Of a stretch of DNA of 64,000 bases, positions 58,601-64,000 are shown piece by piece (position 1 is the stretch's first letter; the number at the start of each line of letters is the position of its first letter). Source of the DNA: an uncultured Armatimonadetes bacterium (GTDB lineage: Bacteria > Armatimonadota > UBA5829 > DTJY01); contig OY970325.1 in NCBI GenBank assembly GCA_963717145.1, forward strand, positions 2,208,001 through 2,272,000, written 5' to 3'. Made by a program: the position numbers and the translations under genes. The notes below the pieces were generated by a model. The model searched no databases, was not told the DNA's origin, and saw only the letters and a list, made by a program, of their open reading frames with translations.

Positions 58601-61600
58601 GCACTGCCCGGAGTCGGGAATACCGCTCCGCTTGAGGGCGCCGTGAGAGTCGGTTTGTTGTTGACATACGGTCCAGGTATCCATGTGACCGCGCCGATTG
58701 GATTATCGGAAGACCTGCCTCCAGTGTTGTCAAAAACAGCGAAGCCGCTGCCATCGGACGCCTCGAAGTAGTAATGGTGAGGCAACTGAGGCGTGAGCGC
58801 AGTCGTGCGGTAGAAGTAGGTCACGCCGTTCTTATAGTTGGGCTCTCCGCCCGCCGCCCTGGTCATGTCGAACGCCGTACCGTCGATTCGGACTCGGATG
58901 TAGTACGGAGGCTGACCCATCGTACCATCCTGATCGGAATAGGTCACCCTATAGGTGAACTCGGACGTGGACGCACCGGGATTCGGCGATACACTACCGC
59001 TGGACAGAGCCGGAGCATGGTTGACGCCGACATTCGTAGGCCCGGCGGTGGCGAACCAGTACTGGATATAGGCCGTCGGCAGCACCGGGTCAGTGGATAT
59101 CAGGCCGTTGATGTAATCGATCGAGTCGAAACCAACTTCGTTATCCGCTCCGTCGAATACCAGGGGATTACTATATGGGTTCTCCGTCGGCGCGTCCGGA
59201 ATGGGGCCGACGATCGGTTTGTGTGCCGTGGTAAAGACAGGCGCGTTAGGATCCGGCGCGTCCTGCCGCTCGCCTTTATACAGCGGAGTACCGTCCGCCT
59301 GGCGTGTGAACCAGATAGTACCCGCGCTCGGTGACTTCACTGCATCATACTCAGCTACGTCATAGCGGTCGGAGGCTACGAAGCAGTAGTAGTAGTCCTT
59401 GCCGGCGGCTTCACCAGTGAGCCTGCTCGAATAGCGGAATAGCGCGCCGTCACCACTATACACGTCGTCGCTCGGGTCCGCGGGGTCCATCAGGTGGCCG
59501 TGGTCCCATGAGATGCTACCGTTCGCCTGCACCTGGCCGATGTAGACGTCCAGGTACTTGGGCGCGTGGTTGTCTATGTCGACATAGCGAACCGAGTACT
59601 CGAAAAGAGTCGCACTGTTGTTGGCCCCGTCGGTAGCGACAACCGATCCGTCAAGGAGCTGAGGGATGGTGTTCCGGTTGATGTACGGGCCGAATATCCA
59701 GGACTCGGGCCGCGCGCTGTTCCAGTAGACAGCCTCTCCCCTGCGCTGGTCACGGGTATCGGTGACCGCGCCCCAGTCGTCTACGAACTCGAAATAGAAG
59801 CGCCTCTGGCCTTCCTGGAACTGCTGGGCCATATTGGCGGTGTCGAATATATACTTGACGCCCACGCCGTCGAAATCGCTGTCGGCGGGGTTCTCCTTGA
59901 TCATCTCACCGACGATCACCTGGCCGTCCGCAAACTCGATGAAGATCTTTGCGGAGTAGGGCCGCTGATTGTCCGCATCCTTGTAGGTGACGGTATAGCG
60001 GAATTTGTCACCGGCGGTGCCCGTCGGCGGGTCTACGGACGGGTTCTCGAGAACCGGTTTGTGGTTCACATACGGACCGTAGAACGCGTGTTGGCCTTCA
60101 TAGTGATGTCCTTCGACCGGGTACCGAACGCGCTTCAGGCCGTCGCTCGCCGTGAAGAAGTAGGAGTGCGGTCCGGGCAGCAGCTCGATGGGATTCGGCA
60201 GCTTATACACCACGCCGTGCTTCACATCGCTGCCTGTCTCGTTCTCCGGGCTGCGAACCAACGTGAAGCGACGATACTGAGTGCTCGGGTCATTCGCATT
60301 CGGGGTCCTCGTGTTCGAGTTGTTGACCCAGACGCTGATCTCACCGCCCGATCCCTGCTGCTGCTCGGGGGTGACGCCATAGAGGTGCTGGTACATAATC
60401 GGGAAGTCCCACTTCTGGTTCTGCGCGCCGCCAACTAGAATCCATCCGGTCTGAGGGTTCACCATCATATAGACCGGGGACACGGTGGTAATCCCCGGAT
60501 TCTGTGTCTGGGGCGCCTGGAGTCCGATGCTGACCACGGGATGGTCGTCCGCAGGGTAGTCATATGGGTTGGAAACGCCCGGTTGCAGCGTCGGCCTGTC
60601 CAGGTACAAGCTCGTATTGTAGGCATCCATGAAGCTGCGCCAGTCCCCATGGCGTGACCGGTTGAACGGCGTGTCGAAGGCCCTGCGGATTGGATCCTCA
60701 GGCGCAGGATCGAGCCAATCCGGCATGCCTCCGTTCTTGGTCCTTATGTAGTCATCACTGCAGCCGATGAACCATTCGTATTCACCGATCGGCAGACCGA
60801 CGTAGTCAAGATGATGGGGGGTCTGCGGTTCGATGTAGTAGACATACTCCACTCCGTTGGTATAGTCGTTATCCCCAGGGTTCGCCTTCTGCATGGGAAT
60901 GCCGATGAAGTCACGGTTCGGGTACTCCGCATCCCATGACTTGTTCTTAAGGTAAAGAACAACACCGGTGCTGGCTTCAGGGGGGTCGGGGCGCTTAAAC
61001 ACGAAGCCGTCACCTATCGCCCCACCCCAGCCAGACATATACGGGATTGGTGGCAGGTTGTCGGAGTTCTGGTATATGACCCGGAACTCCCAGCAAGTCG
61101 AGGTCGAGCCATCGTCAGGATTAGCCGCATCGTCAGGCTCGCGCCACTGGAAATTCTCGTTCAAGCCAAAAGATTGGATGGGCTTTGGCGCACCCGTAGC
61201 GTCGTTATACGCGTAATAAGCATAGAGAAAATCACGGTCCCCGGACTGCCCGGCATAGCGTCCGCTCAACGTTGGGTGCGAATCATGGATGATTACCTCG
61301 CAGGTCTCCGGCCCCACGGCCACCGGAGCCGGCGGCGGGTCGCCGGGAGCCCCCGGCGGCGGCTGATCCGCCGCCACGACGTAGACGGTCATCGCGGCAA
61401 CGGGGTCTTTGGCAACGAAGCCCGGCAAGTAGTATACATCCTGCAGGTCTGCTATCGGATGGGTCGGGTCTCGAAAGGCTGTAAACCCCTGTGCCGGCGG
61501 TGCCGGGGGATACGCGTTGGGGTAAGACGCCCGGAAGTTCAGCCCGGCGGTCACCCGGAACTCATAGAGCCTGCCCTCCGGAGCTGCTGGGCTTCCCTTG

Positions 61601-61884
61601 CCTGCTGACTGGGGAAAGACGTAATACGTGAAGCCCACATAGGGCACATAGGTGCCGATCTTGAGCGAATTCGCAATCGGCAGTCTGCCCCCGTCAGTCT
61701 CATGCCAGTTGAACTGAATGGTGTATATCGTATTGGAAGTGCCCTCGCCGGGCGGATCGCTGTCTTCACCCCCGGGCAGAGACGGCGTGATGCGGAAATT
61801 GTCGATGCTGGCGGCTTGGGCGCCGGCCACCAGCACGGCTATGAGCACTATGACTGCAAGAAGGCCATTTGTAAGTTTTTTCAT
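55620..61884 (-). CDS. giant (~2087 aa) secreted protein with tandem Ig-like repeats; +1 frameshift at ~56406
   Basis: RBS GGAGGT and signal peptide; repeated N..P.L....V.P..G...F.Y.V.Y.D.D...P units; removing one base joins ORF 56314-61941 to ORF 55620-56219 via LSPGWNQIGCPF. Confidence 0.8.
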
Positions 61885-61937
61885 ATGATAAATACCTCCG
61901 GAGATCTCGGAAAGATTGCCGGTGAGACAGATTGCGA

Positions 61938-63973
61938 TCATGGAGTCGGAGGGCCTCCACCGTCGCCATCACCACTCGGGGGCGGCGCCCCGCCGACGCT
62001 GGCGCCAATCTGCGCCACGGGAGTTACCATCACCGCCTTGATTCGCGAGTCGAGGATCTTGATCCAGTACCCCTGCCAGGGCTTGAGCTGGGTTGTGCGC
62101 TGACTGGACCAGTTCCATGTGTTGAAGTTGGTGTTCCACCACCAGAACGTCCTGCTGATCATCAGCCCCTTGATAGCCTCATCATACGTGAGGGTTCCGA
62201 GCGTTTCCGTGTAGAAGGACAGCTCGCCGGCCGTAATCGCGTATAGGTACGGGTTGCCGATCATGTTCCATCCGAGGTTGACGGGGATGAGACGACCGAC
62301 GAGACCATTCCACGGTACCGGGGTGAAGTTGCCGGTCGGCATATCAGTCGAGTCCGGCCTCGAAAGCTTCATCCAGTACGCTTCGCCCGGAATCACGCTG
62401 AGCACCTCTTCGTAAGGGTAGAGCGGAGCGCTTGTCGGCAGGCTGGCATCATATCGGAGCATCCTGGTCACGCTTCCGGGATCGAAGCCCAGTGCCGTGG
62501 TCGGGTTGGCATCAGTGAAATCGAACGGCACGGAAACCTGCTGCCAACCATAAAGGAAGGGCTGCTTCGATATGGCGGGTACGTGAATGTCTCTCTTCAC
62601 GATCGTGCCGCCCATCGGATACGCATTGACGGATACGTGGTACGTCAGGATGCCGGTGTGGGTCCCGTCCGCCTTGACCAGCCAGGAAACGGCTCCATCC
62701 GTGTTGGCCTTGATCTGCGCAATTGTCTTGGTGAACTTGGTCTCCGATGGATCGAGAGTCAGTCCGGCCGGCAGGACCAACGTGAAACTGCAGTTGCTGA
62801 GATCAGTGCTCTTGTCCTGATTCTCCAGAAAAGCGTTGATAGTAAAGGACGCAGGGCCGAATGACTCCGCCCCTGTGGTCGAATCCATGAAGTACTTCAG
62901 TATCCTGGGGCTGGAGGCGGCCGCGGCGTATCTGGGACGATCCATACTGGGCAGGATCGTAGATATGTTACTTGCCGGGTTGCCGATGTAGCTTACGATA
63001 ACCCGCTTCTGGCCGGGACGCACAGTGATCGGCTTCCAGAACGCCGCGTAGCACACGTCAGTGCTGATGAGGTCCTTTTCGGGTAGATCGTAGCCCCATA
63101 CAAGCTTTGGCTTGGCCACCAGACTGAGGGGATCGCTCACATAGCTCCAACTGGTCGGCCGGAGGATGGAGTACTCATCTATCCCGATCACATCCGGGCG
63201 AGTAGCACTGTTCGCGTCGTAGATGGCGCGTATGCCCTGCCCGGGGTCAGACGCTGAGTTGTAGAACTCAATACTCGGACACGCCCGTGTATCCAGGGAG
63301 GGATCGCCCGGGACCGGGAACAGTGTGCGGTGCTCGATGATAGGGAACCCGGCACACGCACGACATTGTTTCCGCTCAGTACTCCCCCGCAGGTGGGCTC
63401 AACTATCGTGTCGGTCCAGAACTTGAGGCCAATCTCATGACTATAGGAATCATTGTTGGTCAGAGTCCACTTAAACTGGGCAACGTCGTGGAACAGCCTG
63501 ATCTCTTCTTCGCACTCGATCAGGAGGGGATGTTCGTCCTGGGTCGGAGTGGGCTGCCATACGCTTCTGATGCATTGCTCGCCAGGAGCAATCGAGGGCT
63601 GAACCAACCAACGGCCATCGGATTCGATGTCACCCCAGAGGCCGAGATTCGCACCCTTCTCGAACGTGGCCCAAGATAGCACGGTATCCGGGGCCTCGCC
63701 CGTAAGGATGTCCGTCAATATCTGCACTCCGCCAAAGAAGAGCACCGGTTTGTCGTCATCGGTGGAGCTGAGGGGGTCTCCGGCCACATTCCACATTTCG
63801 TGAATACCGGAATCCGCATTGCCACTGCGATACAGAGACACACCGATGTATTCGTTGTTGATCGTGATGGCTTCTCCAGCCTCATCCTGTGCGAAGACTT
63901 CGACTGGCAGCAGGAGAAGGACGACTGCAACTAACAGAAGCCCGTATGATGCGAGATTGCGTTTTGACAACAT
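61938..63973 (-). CDS. secreted ~678-aa protein; single-base frameshift at ~63350
   Basis: Signal peptide; after VVRVP the alternate frame GFPIIEHRTLF...SATRPDVIGIDEY runs open into ORF 61938-63191; C-domain LGWNMIGNPY, WQGYWIK. Confidence 0.72.
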
Positions 63974-64000
63974 GGTCCTCCGTTGAGCAATATCTGTGCA

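Noticed and set aside
1-64000. tRNA or rRNA genes
   Set aside because: No cloverleaf/T-loop or rRNA signature recognised by eye; a tRNAscan run would be needed to exclude them fully.

Overview
GC-rich bacterial chromosomal window, probably Armatimonadota-like (inferred from gene style only, not verified). Housekeeping genes: sodA, xerD, thrS-infC-rpmI-rplT-pheS-pheT, lysC, queD/queE, gatCAB, mnmG, hup, uvrB. It also holds carbohydrate/redox accessory genes, a sugar ABC cassette lacking an ATPase, and a cluster of very large secreted repeat proteins next to a predicted outer-membrane barrel. Mobile DNA: two tandem IS66-type elements sharing one 8-bp target that is itself a -35 promoter box, an rve-type IS, and many REP-like palindromes. 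RNA elements: a yybP-ykoY (Mn2+) riboswitch and an expanded c-di-GMP-I riboswitch. The top candidate novel system is an unannotated 28-aa peptide gene (10323-10409) inside a module with a membrane HD-GYP protein, a degenerate HD-GYP protein and a DUF5317-like putative membrane aspartic peptidase, i.e. a possible peptide signal coupled to c-di-GMP. A likely selenoprotein (CPE-UGA) is hidden at 40100-40567. Four single-base frameshifts may be assembly errors. Family assignments rest on motif recognition only; no searches were run.
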